From the NCBI GenBank assembly GCA_021158185.1, contig JAGGVC010000099.1, positions 1,016 through 65,015 on the forward strand: a DNA stretch of 64,000 bases. Direction: 5' to 3'. This document shows, piece by piece, positions 37,671 through 46,689 of the stretch (positions are counted from its first letter, which is position 1; every line of letters begins with the position of its first letter). The stretch is from a bacterium (GTDB taxonomy: Bacteria; 4484-113; JAGGVC01). The notes under the pieces were generated by a model. The model was not told the origin of the DNA, did not search any database, and worked only from the letters and a program-made list of their open reading frames with translations. The translations under genes and the position numbers were made by a program.

Positions 37671-38384
37671 CTACATTTCTATATCGAAATGATCTCTGTT
37701 TCTTTTGATGATTCTCTGCTTAATGGCAAGCTTCCGCACGAGAAGAAGCCCGGCGAAGAAACCTCCGATATGGGCGAAGTATGCAACCCCGCCGCCTGAC
37801 GAGCCGAACGAGCCCATCCCGTAGAAGATCTGGAAGAGTATCCACATTCCGAGGAACAACCAGGCTGGCACGTACACCATCCTGAAGAAGATGAAAAACC
37901 AGAACAGGCTATAGATTCTTGCTCGCGGGTAGCAGACCAGGTAAGCAGCCATCACGCCTGCAATTGCCCCGCTCGCTCCGACCATCGGCAAAGTGCTGAG
38001 AGGAGAGATGACAAGCTGAGACAGTGCTGCCGCAAGTCCGCATACGATGTAAAAAACGAGGAATCTGAACCTGCCCATCACCCACTCACAGTTGTCGCCG
38101 AAAAGCCATAAAAACCACATGTTGCCGAGCAGATGCAGTAAGCCACCGTGCATGAACATCGAGGTAAAAAGCGTGACCTGCACAGGCGCGCCTATTTCCG
38201 GCGGGATATCGCGGCCCGTTAGGATTTCACGTGGTATCGCCCCCCAGGAGTATACGCTTAGTTCGAAGCCGCCGGGATGAGTGACCTCAAGGAAAAAGAC
38301 GTAGATGTTCACGGCGATAATCGCCAGCACTACGATGGGTACTGCGTAGCTTTGATTTTCATCTCTCAGTGGAAAAAGAAACAC
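37671..38384 (-). CDS. Rhomboid-family intramembrane serine protease
   Basis: A polytopic protein carrying GASGAIAGVMAAY, the catalytic GxSG motif, and FAHIGGFFAG, which supplies the catalytic His. Confidence 0.8.
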   Translation of the reverse strand: MFLFPLRDENQSYAVPIVVLAIIAVNIYVFFLEVTHPGGFELSVYSWGAIPREILTGRDIPPEIGAPVQVTLFTSMFMHGGLLHLLGNMWFLWLFGDNCEWVMGRFRFLVFYIVCGLAAALSQLVISPLSTLPMVGASGAIAGVMAAYLVCYPRARIYSLFWFFIFFRMVYVPAWLFLGMWILFQIFYGMGSFGSSGGGVAYFAHIGGFFAGLLLVRKLAIKQRIIKRNRDHFDIEM

Positions 38385-38579
38385 GCCCCATTATAGCCCG
38401 AAACGGCATTGCGGGTATTTTCTGGAATAGAGATACTAATTGAGCAGTTTCATGCTAAGGAACAGAAAACGCGCGTTCATGCTGTGCTTTGCTAAGATTG
38501 CGTTGCCTGAAGATTGCTGTACAACTTCCTTAAGAAACAACGAGATAACCGCCTGAAGAAGTTGCAGTGCATCTCCGTG

Positions 38580-38588
38580 TGATATAAT
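38580..38588 (+). promoter_or_regulatory. Upstream infC promoter P1: extended -10 TGaTATAAT
   Basis: gtgTGaTATAAT, with a weak TTGCAG element 15 nt upstream. It is about 95 nt before the infC start. Confidence 0.35.
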
Positions 38589-38606
38589 CCAAACTTGCCA
38601 AAACGC

Positions 38607-38635
38607 TTGACATAGCAGGTTATGCTGTCTAAAAT
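38607..38635 (+). promoter_or_regulatory. infC promoter P2: TTGACA-17-TAAAAT
   Basis: A perfect -35 element TTGACA (38607-38612), a 17-nt spacer, and a -10 element TAAAAT (38630-38635). It is about 48 nt upstream of the GTG start of infC. Confidence 0.5.
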
Positions 38636-38682
38636 TTCCGCCCTTGTGGCCAAGCGGGAGGAAGTAGATCGTTAGACAAAGA

Positions 38683-39207
38683 GTGAATCGGGAAATTCGG
38701 GCTCGGGAAGTCCGGGTTATCTCAGATAAGGGTGACCAACTTGGCGTTATGCCACTGATGGAGGCTCTGATTCTTGCAGAGGATAAAGAGCTTGATCTGG
38801 TAGAAGTAGCACCTAACGTGGATCCCCCCGTTTGTAAGTTGATGGACTTTGGAAAGCTCAAGTACAAGCAGAAGAAGCGGCAGAAGGAATCGCACCGTTC
38901 GCAGCAACTGAAGGAAATAACGGTATCGCTTAAGATAAGCGATCATGACCTTCAGACGAAGATCAGGCATATAATGAGATTCCTTGACCAAGGGCATAAG
39001 GTGAAGCTTAATGTCCATATGCGGGGCCGCGAGAAGGAGTATGCGCCAACGCTTGGAAGGCAAATGATGGAAAAGGTTACCGCTGCCCTGGGTGATCTGG
39101 GACAGGTGGAATCGAGAAGCAGTAGAATTGTCGGAAACAGAATTCACATGATTATTGCTCCCGGCAAAAGTGGAGATGGAAAAAATGCCAAAGATGAAAA
39201 CTCATAA
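38683..39207 (+). CDS. infC: Translation initiation factor IF-3
   Basis: NREIRAREVRVISDKGDQLGVM...LDLVEVAPNVDPPVCKLMDFGK is the IF-3 N-domain. The start is the non-AUG codon GTG at 38683, consistent with the well-known atypical-start autoregulation of IF-3. It is followed by rpmI and rplT. Confidence 0.85.
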   Translation: MNREIRAREVRVISDKGDQLGVMPLMEALILAEDKELDLVEVAPNVDPPVCKLMDFGKLKYKQKKRQKESHRSQQLKEITVSLKISDHDLQTKIRHIMRFLDQGHKVKLNVHMRGREKEYAPTLGRQMMEKVTAALGDLGQVESRSSRIVGNRIHMIIAPGKSGDGKNAKDENS

Positions 39208-39385
39208 GGCGACTGCAAAGCGCATCAAGGTTACCGGAACAGGTAAGCTGATGCGGAAGCACTCGCGCGAAAGACACCTTCTACGCAAGAAGTCAAGCCG
39301 CAGAAAGAGGCGTCTCAGCGTGCCCGGCACGATCGCCGCATCCGATGTCAAGCGTATTCGCCAGCTAATTAGTCCGGGGTTGTAA
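39185..39385 (+). CDS. rpmI: 50S ribosomal protein L35
   Basis: MPKMKTHKATAKRIKVTGTGKLMRKHSRERHLL..., 66 aa. The ATG at 39185 overlaps the infC 3-prime end by 23 nt. The track's 39155 start is too long. Confidence 0.85.
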   Translation: MPKMKTHKATAKRIKVTGTGKLMRKHSRERHLLRKKSSRRKRRLSVPGTIAASDVKRIRQLISPGL

Positions 39386-39388
39386 GAG

Positions 39389-39745
39389 ATGACAAGAGTA
39401 AAACGAAGCGTCGCAGGACGCCTGAAAAGAAAGAAGATCTTTAAGCTAGCCAAGGGCTACAAAGGTGTGCGCGGAAACCTTTACCGCGCTGCAAAGGAAG
39501 CGGTATTCCACGCGTGGCAATACGCTTATGTGGGAAGAAAACTCAAGAAGCGCGATATTCGAAGACTCTGGATAGCGCGCATAAACGCCGCCGTACGAGA
39601 ACGCGGGCTTAACTACAGCAGTTTTATGCGCGGCATTAAAAGCTCGGATATTGCACTCAACCGCAAGGTTCTTTCAGAACTCGCCATCCATCATCCAGAT
39701 ATCTTCGATTCTCTCACGGAAATAGCGAAGAGCAACATTTCTTAG
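39389..39745 (+). CDS. rplT: 50S ribosomal protein L20
   Basis: MTRVKRSVAGRLKRKKIFKLAKGYKGVRGNLYRAAKEAV..., 118 aa. Confidence 0.9.
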   Translation: MTRVKRSVAGRLKRKKIFKLAKGYKGVRGNLYRAAKEAVFHAWQYAYVGRKLKKRDIRRLWIARINAAVRERGLNYSSFMRGIKSSDIALNRKVLSELAIHHPDIFDSLTEIAKSNIS

Positions 39746-39757
39746 GCGGGGTGCGGC

Positions 39758-40783
39758 ATGGCGACGGAGGAACTTCAAGCGAAGGTTAATGAAACCCTTG
39801 CTTCCATCGCCAATGCAAAGGATGAAAAAGCTCTGCGCACGGTTTTGTCTCAGTCCATCTCCGCAAAGGGATGGATCAACGATTTTCTAAAGAAGATCAG
39901 AGAGCTCCCCAAGGAAGAGCGAAAAGATTTCGGACAAGCAGTCAACGAAGCAAAGAAGACGCTACAGAGGGCGTATGACGAGCGGCTCGGCAAAATGGAT
40001 AAGCTCGCCGTGTCCGATAAGGAATACCTCGACTTGACTCTCAGCGGTGCTGTACCGACATTCGGCAGATTTCATCCAACAACACAAGCCTTGCGCCGCA
40101 TCTGCGAGATATTCGTTGCGATGGGTTTCGAGGTCGTGGACGGCCCTGAGATCGAGGATGAGTATCACAACTTTGACGCGCTCAACATATCGTCCGATCA
40201 TCCTGCGCGCGACGATATGGATACCTTCTTTATTCACGGCGACATTATTCTCCGGACGCATACGAGCCCAGTCCAGATTCGCACGATGGAGCGGCTCGAA
40301 AAGGGCGAAAACATCCTGATTCGCGTCATCAGCCCCGGCGTGACGTACCGCCGTGACCGCCCCGACCGCACTCACACACCTGTGTTCAGCCAGGTTGAAG
40401 GGCTTATGATAGGCAGGAGCATCACGTTCAGCCATATGGCGGGCGTACTCCAGAGCTTCGCGCGAGAGTTCTTCGGACCCGATATCAACCTTCGACTCCG
40501 TCCGGATTTCTTTCCGTTTGTCGAGCCCGGAGCCGAAGCGGCGGTTACTTGCCCGATCTGCGGTGGCAGCGGATGCCCGACCTGCAAGAAAACCGGGTGG
40601 GTCGAGATAATGGGGTGCGGGATGGTTCATCCGGAAGTCCTCGACAAACAGGGAATTCCGAGCGACAAGTACCAGGGCTTCGCGTTTGGAATGGGGGTAG
40701 AGCGGATCACCCAGATGCTGTTCCAGGTCGAAGACAGCCGCTGGTTCTTCGAGAATGACTACCGCTTCCTAAGGCAATTCTAG
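39758..40783 (+). CDS. pheS: Phenylalanine--tRNA ligase alpha subunit
   Basis: Class-II aaRS motifs are present (FPFVEPGAEAAV and GWVEIMGCGMVHPEVL...GFAFGMGVERI). There is a CxxC...CxxC insertion (CPICGGSGCPTCKK). No pheT gene follows. Confidence 0.85.
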   Translation: MATEELQAKVNETLASIANAKDEKALRTVLSQSISAKGWINDFLKKIRELPKEERKDFGQAVNEAKKTLQRAYDERLGKMDKLAVSDKEYLDLTLSGAVPTFGRFHPTTQALRRICEIFVAMGFEVVDGPEIEDEYHNFDALNISSDHPARDDMDTFFIHGDIILRTHTSPVQIRTMERLEKGENILIRVISPGVTYRRDRPDRTHTPVFSQVEGLMIGRSITFSHMAGVLQSFAREFFGPDINLRLRPDFFPFVEPGAEAAVTCPICGGSGCPTCKKTGWVEIMGCGMVHPEVLDKQGIPSDKYQGFAFGMGVERITQMLFQVEDSRWFFENDYRFLRQF

Positions 40784-40785
40784 TT

Positions 40786-40808
40786 GCAGAGTCCTTTCTG
40801 CTTCATTA
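40786..40808 (+). terminator. Weak candidate intrinsic terminator after pheS
   Basis: GCAGAG-tcct-TTCTGC forms a 6-bp stem with one G-U pair, followed by ttcatt. It is marginal. Confidence 0.25.
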
Positions 40809-40955
40809 ACTTTGAATTGCTTGCATATTTCCATAAATAATGCACCCGCATCTTGAATCGCACTTCATTCGAAATCGGACATCCGGGTACTGATCAAAGC
40901 CTTTGCATCGCAAAAATGTTATCATTTTGCTTTCACTTTTTTTCGCAGGTGTACT

Positions 40956-42899
40956 ATGCGTGTAAAGATCAGAAAAGATGCCGTTTCAGACAGGATACCG
41001 TCTGTGGATGTTTATGCACGAACCGTGCTTTTGGTGCTTGCTGTTACTGCATTTGTGCTCATTTGCACCGCATCGGCATATGCAGAGCCGAATCTCGAAG
41101 GTGCCGGCGGGCTTATCAATACTCCGAGTGCTGAAGCCACGGAAGATGGTGTCGTTTATCTGGGGCTGAATAAAAACTTGAATTTAACAGACGATGATAA
41201 GTTCAGCGGGCTCGTGCAATACAGCTATTTCTTCAACATCGGTTTTCTTCCGCACCTCGAAATCAGCGGAAGGATCGTGAGGTTTCCCGATTACGAGGAA
41301 GAGCGCGTCGCGCGGTTCGGAGACTACAAGGATCGCGAGGGCAGCATCAAGTTTCAACTGCTCGATGAATCGGACACGCTTCCAGCGTTTGCCATCGGAG
41401 CGATGGACATAGGCGGCGAGTCGCGTCACCAGGAGGCATACTACGCGGTTGCTCAAAAAACGCTCATGAATAATCTGCGAGTAAATATCGGGGGCGGAAC
41501 GGGAAAATTCGAGGGTGTGTTCGGTGGTATCGACTGGGAGCCGTCAACCGGCTTTCACGTCATGGCCGAGTATGATACTGAAAGTGTTAATGCAGGCTTG
41601 CGCTACAGCCCGACAGACTGGCTCACACTGACCGCCGCGAGCCTGGACGGCGAGGAATTCGGGTATGGCATTGTAACGAGATTCGATCTTCTCGATTTCA
41701 GGAAACGGAAGCACGCGGAACCGAGGCAGCCGGTTGTGCGATGGGATCCTGCAGGCGGTCAAGCAGACCCGCGTGTGCTTGCAGACAGGCTAGTCGAGTA
41801 TGGATTCGAGAATGTACGCGCGTTTGTAAGTGACGACGAACTCATCGTGTTCTATGAGAACAGGATGTATCTTCTCGAAGAGCGCGCGCTGGGGCTTGTT
41901 CTGATAATTTCCTGTATGCATGCGCCCGAAGGCATTGACAAGGTGCGCGTGATCACGCTGCTTGACGATGTGCCGCATCTTGACACAGTCGTTCCGCCCG
42001 ACGAATTCCTGGAGTTCGTGCGAGGAGAGAGCGACCTTGACTCCGCTAAATCCCTGATAGATGTTGACTATCACAGGAGCATTGCAAAGCCTGAAGGTGT
42101 GAAACGATTGAACGAAACTCGGCTGAAGACCGACTTCTTCTTCAAGCCAGGCATTGATTTCGATGCCGGAAAGCCTTTCGAGCCTTTCAGACAGCGCATA
42201 ACACTTCTGCTTGATCCAGAAGTAAAACTCGGACGCGGACTGTTTGCGAGAGGGCGCGCGAGCTACACGGTCAACAACAACCTGAACGATATCGACGGCT
42301 TCAATATCGAGCGCGGCTGGCTCGGCTTCACTGGGCGCGCCGGAAACTTCAGCTGGCTTGCCAAAGGCGGATTGATGGACATCGACCAGTACGGTGGCAA
42401 TATCGAGGCCGAATACGACATCCAACAGTTTAACGCAGTGATCGGCGGCAATTTCGGATACCTTGACGACCGTGTTTACAACACTGAGTATGTTCAGGCC
42501 GTCGGCAAGTTCGAAAAGCGGTTCCCGAAGTATGATTTAACGGCGCGCGTCTGCGCAGGTCAGTTTCAGTACGAGGACACGGGGCTTTCAGCAGAAGTAA
42601 CGCGGTATTTCGGGCCTGTCGAAGTTTCGTTTTTCGCATACCGAACCGGCAACGACTCGTTCAACGAAGGCGGTGTGTCTTTCTTTGTACCGCTTCCCTT
42701 TTACGACGACGGCCATCTGGATAAGGTGAGGTTCGGCATAGCGCCTGAATGGAGCTTTACATATAGAACCGAGGATGCTGCGAACGCGCTTCTGACTTTG
42801 TCGGGACAGGACTTGCGTATGTACAGGAGCCGCCTGCATCCCGACTACATTCTTGCGCACCTTGATGATCTGCGAAGGGCGAGAAGCTTCCTCAAATAG
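40956..42899 (+). CDS. YjbH/GfcD-like outer-membrane protein associated with polysaccharide export
   Basis: Signal peptide. It carries an N-terminal GGLINTPSAEATEDG motif that I recall as characteristic of the YjbH family. The C-terminal half is beta-rich and ends in ...RSFLK. It sits at the head of a Wza/Wzx/Wzy locus. The family assignment is from memory of the motif and not from a search. Confidence 0.45.
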   Translation: MRVKIRKDAVSDRIPSVDVYARTVLLVLAVTAFVLICTASAYAEPNLEGAGGLINTPSAEATEDGVVYLGLNKNLNLTDDDKFSGLVQYSYFFNIGFLPHLEISGRIVRFPDYEEERVARFGDYKDREGSIKFQLLDESDTLPAFAIGAMDIGGESRHQEAYYAVAQKTLMNNLRVNIGGGTGKFEGVFGGIDWEPSTGFHVMAEYDTESVNAGLRYSPTDWLTLTAASLDGEEFGYGIVTRFDLLDFRKRKHAEPRQPVVRWDPAGGQADPRVLADRLVEYGFENVRAFVSDDELIVFYENRMYLLEERALGLVLIISCMHAPEGIDKVRVITLLDDVPHLDTVVPPDEFLEFVRGESDLDSAKSLIDVDYHRSIAKPEGVKRLNETRLKTDFFFKPGIDFDAGKPFEPFRQRITLLLDPEVKLGRGLFARGRASYTVNNNLNDIDGFNIERGWLGFTGRAGNFSWLAKGGLMDIDQYGGNIEAEYDIQQFNAVIGGNFGYLDDRVYNTEYVQAVGKFEKRFPKYDLTARVCAGQFQYEDTGLSAEVTRYFGPVEVSFFAYRTGNDSFNEGGVSFFVPLPFYDDGHLDKVRFGIAPEWSFTYRTEDAANALLTLSGQDLRMYRSRLHPDYILAHLDDLRRARSFLK

Positions 42900-42997
42900 A
42901 GTTTCACGTATGCGCGGATTTCAGCATCTAGCGCATCGACTGTATTCGCGCAGATTTGTCTCTTGGGATATCTTCAACCTTAATCGGTCCGCCGCAC

Positions 42998-43747
42998 TCA
43001 GCGTTTGATGAACACCCGGATAAGTGTTTTAGAGAGAATCATCACATCCAGGCCAAAGCTCAGTCGCCGCACGTAGTCCTGGTGGTAGCGAATTTTGAGC
43101 GGCATCAATTCCTCGTTGTAAATCCTTTCAGGATCATCAGCAGCATCGAGAAGCTCTTCCTCATGGCGGAAGTTGATCGATGCGAGATCGGTCAGACCTG
43201 CCGGAACCACGCTGTGAATAAGCTCGTAATGCTCCTTGAACCGCGCTACATAGCCAAGCGTTTGCGGCCTGGGCCCGACGAATGACATCTCCCCGCGAAG
43301 GATGTTGAAAAGCTGCGGTACTTCATCGAGTTTGACGTTTCTTAGAATGCGGCCAACCGGCGTGATTCTGGGATCAGCCTTTCCCGTAATCTGCATACCG
43401 AGCTTTTCTGCGTTCAAGACCATCGTACGAAGCTTGATTATGTTGAATGTGCGGGGGCCTTTTATGCCGCCCGTAATCCGCTCCTGCGTGAAGAATACGG
43501 GGCCTCGGTCGTAGAGCTTGATCGCGATTGCGGAAAGAAGAAGAAACGGCGAAAAGAAAATAATCTGCCATAGCGAGTTGAATATGTCAAAACAGCGTTT
43601 GACAACAAGGTACCAGCCCTTATTCCTGAGGATCTTCTTAACATCGGCCTCGGTGAACGAATCGTCCACCTGAAAGCCCTGTGGAAGAAGCTCGACAGCG
43701 GGCGCCCTTTGCTCGCTTAGTTCCCTCATTTGCCCTGATACACACAT
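42998..43747 (-). CDS. Initiating polyprenyl-phosphate sugar-phosphate transferase (bacterial sugar transferase, short PglC/WbaP-C-terminal type)
   Basis: 249 aa. One N-terminal transmembrane segment. The motifs PGLTDLASINFRHE and MSFVGPRPQT are bacterial sugar transferase signatures. Confidence 0.8.
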   Translation of the reverse strand: MCVSGQMRELSEQRAPAVELLPQGFQVDDSFTEADVKKILRNKGWYLVVKRCFDIFNSLWQIIFFSPFLLLSAIAIKLYDRGPVFFTQERITGGIKGPRTFNIIKLRTMVLNAEKLGMQITGKADPRITPVGRILRNVKLDEVPQLFNILRGEMSFVGPRPQTLGYVARFKEHYELIHSVVPAGLTDLASINFRHEEELLDAADDPERIYNEELMPLKIRYHQDYVRRLSFGLDVMILSKTLIRVFIKR

Positions 43748-43811
43748 AGCTGAAGGCTATACCATTCTACCCTATAACATACCGGCTCAAAACAAGCTCG
43801 GTTTTCAACAT

Positions 43812-45203
43812 TTGTCAAGCTTAGGGTTGAGCTTGATTATACCAAAAGCAGCCGTGATGTCGCGTTGTGGTCTCATTTTTAGTTTTCATCATTCATTGCT
43901 TGCACGTTTTCATTGCACGGTTGCGATTTCAGCAGAATCAAAACAGGTGCACCATGTGAGTTCCAGCGATTCCCTGCTTGACGTAACAATACTCAATACA
44001 TATAATCGCCGCCTTGTGGTAATCGGCAGCTTCTTGAACTGGACAGTTTTCGCGCTCTTCATTGCCGTGTACTGGCTTATTCCATCGAGGTTCCGCCCGG
44101 CTTCGATTGCCGTAGCATCGCTTGTTTTCCTTCTGTTCAACGACTTCATAGCCTTAGGCATTATTGTCATTCAACTTCTCGTCTGTACCGTCGGGGCGCG
44201 CTGGATGCTCGCAAATGGGAATGGGGCACGGGCAAAGTTCTGGACGTTGATTACCCTGAGCCTGATCCCGCTTTTGTTTTTCAAGTACCCGAATCTGCTT
44301 GGGATTACTAGGCTGACAGAATCCGGCTATGCATTTCCAGATCCGTCCGCATTTGCACTTCCGCTTGGGATCTCATACTTCACGTTCAAAGTAATAATGT
44401 ATCTCGTCGAAACCGCACGCGGAAATGTCGGTTATCCCGGATTATCGTCTCTAATCGCTTATATTGCGTTCGTGCCGACGCTCAGCTCCGGACCGATAGA
44501 CAGACCGAAGGCTCTGATCGCCCAGATTTCGAATCCCGTACCTCTCAATATGGATAGATTTCTTTACGGGCTATACAGGATTGTCCTCGGCGTGATCTTC
44601 AAATTCGTGATTTCCGATACGCTTCGGGAATTCGAAAATTCCTTCGCGGTGTCAAGGATGGCGTTTTCGGTCAAAAAGCAGCTTATATTCGGCCCGTACT
44701 ACAGCCTTCTTCTGTATTTCGACTTTGCGGGTTACAGCCATATTGCTATCGGCGCTGCGGTACTTCTCGGAATCAAGTGCATGGAGAACTTCGCTGCGCC
44801 GTACTTGAGGCCGAACATCTCCGGGTTCTGGCGCGGGTGGCATATTTCGCTCACGACGTTTTTGCGGGACTATATTTTCTTCCCGATTGCATTCAAGTGG
44901 TCGGGTGCGCTCGGCCCGCAGCGTGCAGCGTACATCGCAACCATAATTACATTCGTGATCTGCGGGGCCTGGCACGGCGACGGCGTCAATTTCCTTCTCT
45001 GGGGTTTTTACCACGGGATCATGCTCTCGGTTCACCAGGCGTTTCTCTTCAATACAAAGAAACGTCCGTTTTTCAAACGCCTTAGACGCGTAAAATGGCT
45101 CGCCATCCCTGCAACTGCCTTTACGTTTTTGCTGGTATCCTATGGATGGTATCCATTTGCATTTAACTTCGATCAGTTGGCGCAGATCTTCGGCGGGGGT
45201 TAG
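43812..45203 (+). CDS. MBOAT-family membrane O-acyltransferase (AlgI/DltB-like)
   Basis: The MBOAT signature is WRGWHISLTTFLRDYIFFPI, with the catalytic His inside WHxSL. The protein is polytopic. The true start is probably internal, around 44000-44040 (region ...SFLNWTVFALFIAVYWLIPSRFR), because the first 60 or so residues of the track ORF are not MBOAT-like. Confidence 0.75.
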   Translation: MSSLGLSLIIPKAAVMSRCGLIFSFHHSLLARFHCTVAISAESKQVHHVSSSDSLLDVTILNTYNRRLVVIGSFLNWTVFALFIAVYWLIPSRFRPASIAVASLVFLLFNDFIALGIIVIQLLVCTVGARWMLANGNGARAKFWTLITLSLIPLLFFKYPNLLGITRLTESGYAFPDPSAFALPLGISYFTFKVIMYLVETARGNVGYPGLSSLIAYIAFVPTLSSGPIDRPKALIAQISNPVPLNMDRFLYGLYRIVLGVIFKFVISDTLREFENSFAVSRMAFSVKKQLIFGPYYSLLLYFDFAGYSHIAIGAAVLLGIKCMENFAAPYLRPNISGFWRGWHISLTTFLRDYIFFPIAFKWSGALGPQRAAYIATIITFVICGAWHGDGVNFLLWGFYHGIMLSVHQAFLFNTKKRPFFKRLRRVKWLAIPATAFTFLLVSYGWYPFAFNFDQLAQIFGGG

Positions 45204-45211
45204 CGTAGACG

Positions 45212-46399
45212 ATGCTTAAAAACCAGAACAACCGCGATTATTTCAGCGATGATGCATATCGTCACTGGGAGCGCGTAAAAGCGCGCGTCAACGTCAGACT
45301 TGCAGCGGTCGTTTTTTGCATTGTACTTGTATCTGCGGTAATCATCATCCAGGTTTTCGCGGGCGCCTTCATCGGTTTCTATTACGATGTCAACAGGGAA
45401 GTCAACTACAAGGATATGACCGCCTTGAACGACGCGGGGGACTTGCTTTTGCAGGACTATCTCGCGTCTGAAAAGGAAGCCGATGCGAAGGAATGCGTCA
45501 TAATCGGCGCATCGTACGTTGCAGCCGGCATCGATCCGCTTCCGGGGGACAGGATTCAAGGTAAGCTTGAACGCAGGCTCGAAGAAGCGACAGGCGAAGA
45601 ATGGTCGTGTACGAACCTTGCGTCGGACGGATTGGTAACGTGGTGTTACTTCTATCTGGCCCGGATTCTGAGGCTTCGAAAGCCGCCGGATCTGATGATC
45701 ATTTCCATCGATACGATGTATCCGAATGACAGAAGCGGACAGCTTCTTTTGAACGTCGGAGCATCGTTCAAGGAGATAACTCCACTGGAGCTGAGATATG
45801 CCGTCCCACTGAATAATGTACTGCTGTATGTCGGAGAGGCGAATTACAAGAAATGGCTCAGGGACAAAATAGCGTTCTTCAAGGCCATAAATTACATGTC
45901 ATGGAGTTATCCGAAAAGGACAAATCTCAAATCGTGGACGGTTTTCCTCTTTGCACGGCTATTTCAAAGGGAAGTATCGGGTCTCGAACCACCTGCCTAC
46001 ATCAACCCGAATGGGACGCCGAAGTCCTGGCGCGAAATTCCTGGCAACAAGGCGGTAATTGATTTCTTCAACCGAACCGGAGGGATGGAAAATGAACTCA
46101 AGGGCTGGATGATCGAGGAATTCGAACTTCTGTTTACCGAACTGGTCGAGTGTGAAGAAGCAGGCATTCGAGTGATACTTGTAACGATGCCTAGAAATCC
46201 TGCGATGGAGCATCATCTTGATGAAGTCCAGGATTACTTGAGCGAAGCGACAACGCGATACAACCTTCAATTCAGGGACTACTGGCCAAGCGGAACCATT
46301 CCGGAAGATTGCTACTACGACTACGGCCATTTTATTGGAGCAGGAAACGACATTATGGCGGAGGAGATACTCAAGCTCTATCTGGAGGATAAGAAATGA
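45212..46399 (+). CDS. SGNH-fold / DltD-AlgJ-like partner protein of the MBOAT acyltransferase
   Basis: An N-terminal transmembrane anchor. Candidate SGNH block I is CVIIGASYVAAG and block V is DYGHFIGAGNDIMAEEI (DxxH). It lies 9 nt after the MBOAT gene. Confidence 0.5.
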   Translation: MLKNQNNRDYFSDDAYRHWERVKARVNVRLAAVVFCIVLVSAVIIIQVFAGAFIGFYYDVNREVNYKDMTALNDAGDLLLQDYLASEKEADAKECVIIGASYVAAGIDPLPGDRIQGKLERRLEEATGEEWSCTNLASDGLVTWCYFYLARILRLRKPPDLMIISIDTMYPNDRSGQLLLNVGASFKEITPLELRYAVPLNNVLLYVGEANYKKWLRDKIAFFKAINYMSWSYPKRTNLKSWTVFLFARLFQREVSGLEPPAYINPNGTPKSWREIPGNKAVIDFFNRTGGMENELKGWMIEEFELLFTELVECEEAGIRVILVTMPRNPAMEHHLDEVQDYLSEATTRYNLQFRDYWPSGTIPEDCYYDYGHFIGAGNDIMAEEILKLYLEDKK

Positions 46400-46506
46400 A
46401 AAACGCAAGCGCAATATTCTGGGGCGTTCTACTTGCCCTATTGTTCATCCTCGGAATGCTCTTGTGCCGTGGAGTAGCGGGGAATTTCATCTATGCAAAT
46501 TTTTGA
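46396..46506 (+). CDS. 36-aa single-pass membrane micropeptide, translationally coupled to the SGNH/DltD-like gene (ATGA overlap)
   Basis: MKNASAIFWGVLLALLFILGMLLCRGVAGNFIYANF. Its ATG at 46396 overlaps the upstream TGA stop (46397-46399). It is below the track's size cutoff. Compare the small DltX peptide in dlt operons. Confidence 0.35.
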   Translation: MKNASAIFWGVLLALLFILGMLLCRGVAGNFIYANF

Positions 46507-46586
46507 TCTTGCATTCGAGGATTTTGCAGCCAGTTGGATTCTGTCAGCATCGACCTCAAAAGCATAATATGCGATACTATCGCCTC

Positions 46587-46622
46587 CAGGTGCTTTAATT
46601 GTTGCGCAAGCAATGCACCTGG
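46587..46622 (+). promoter_or_regulatory. Nested palindrome (candidate operator) upstream of the wzz-like gene
   Basis: CCAGGTGC-tttaa-TTGTTGCGCAAGCAA-t-GCACCTGG. It is an 8-bp perfect inverted repeat enclosing the palindrome TTGCGCAA. It lies 30-65 nt upstream of a TATAAT at 46652-46657 and 68 nt upstream of the ATG at 46690. Confidence 0.3.
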
Positions 46623-46689
46623 TTTACAATAACAAGCTTTACTAGCCCGCATATAATCATCGGGGCAGGCAGGAGGCAAACGGGAGCTG

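Noticed and set aside
39758-40783. CxxC...CxxC insertion in PheS (CPICGGSGCPTCKK) as a sign of a fused or foreign domain
   Set aside because: Some PheS alpha subunits naturally carry a small zinc-knuckle insertion at this position. The rest of the protein is a colinear class-II catalytic core.
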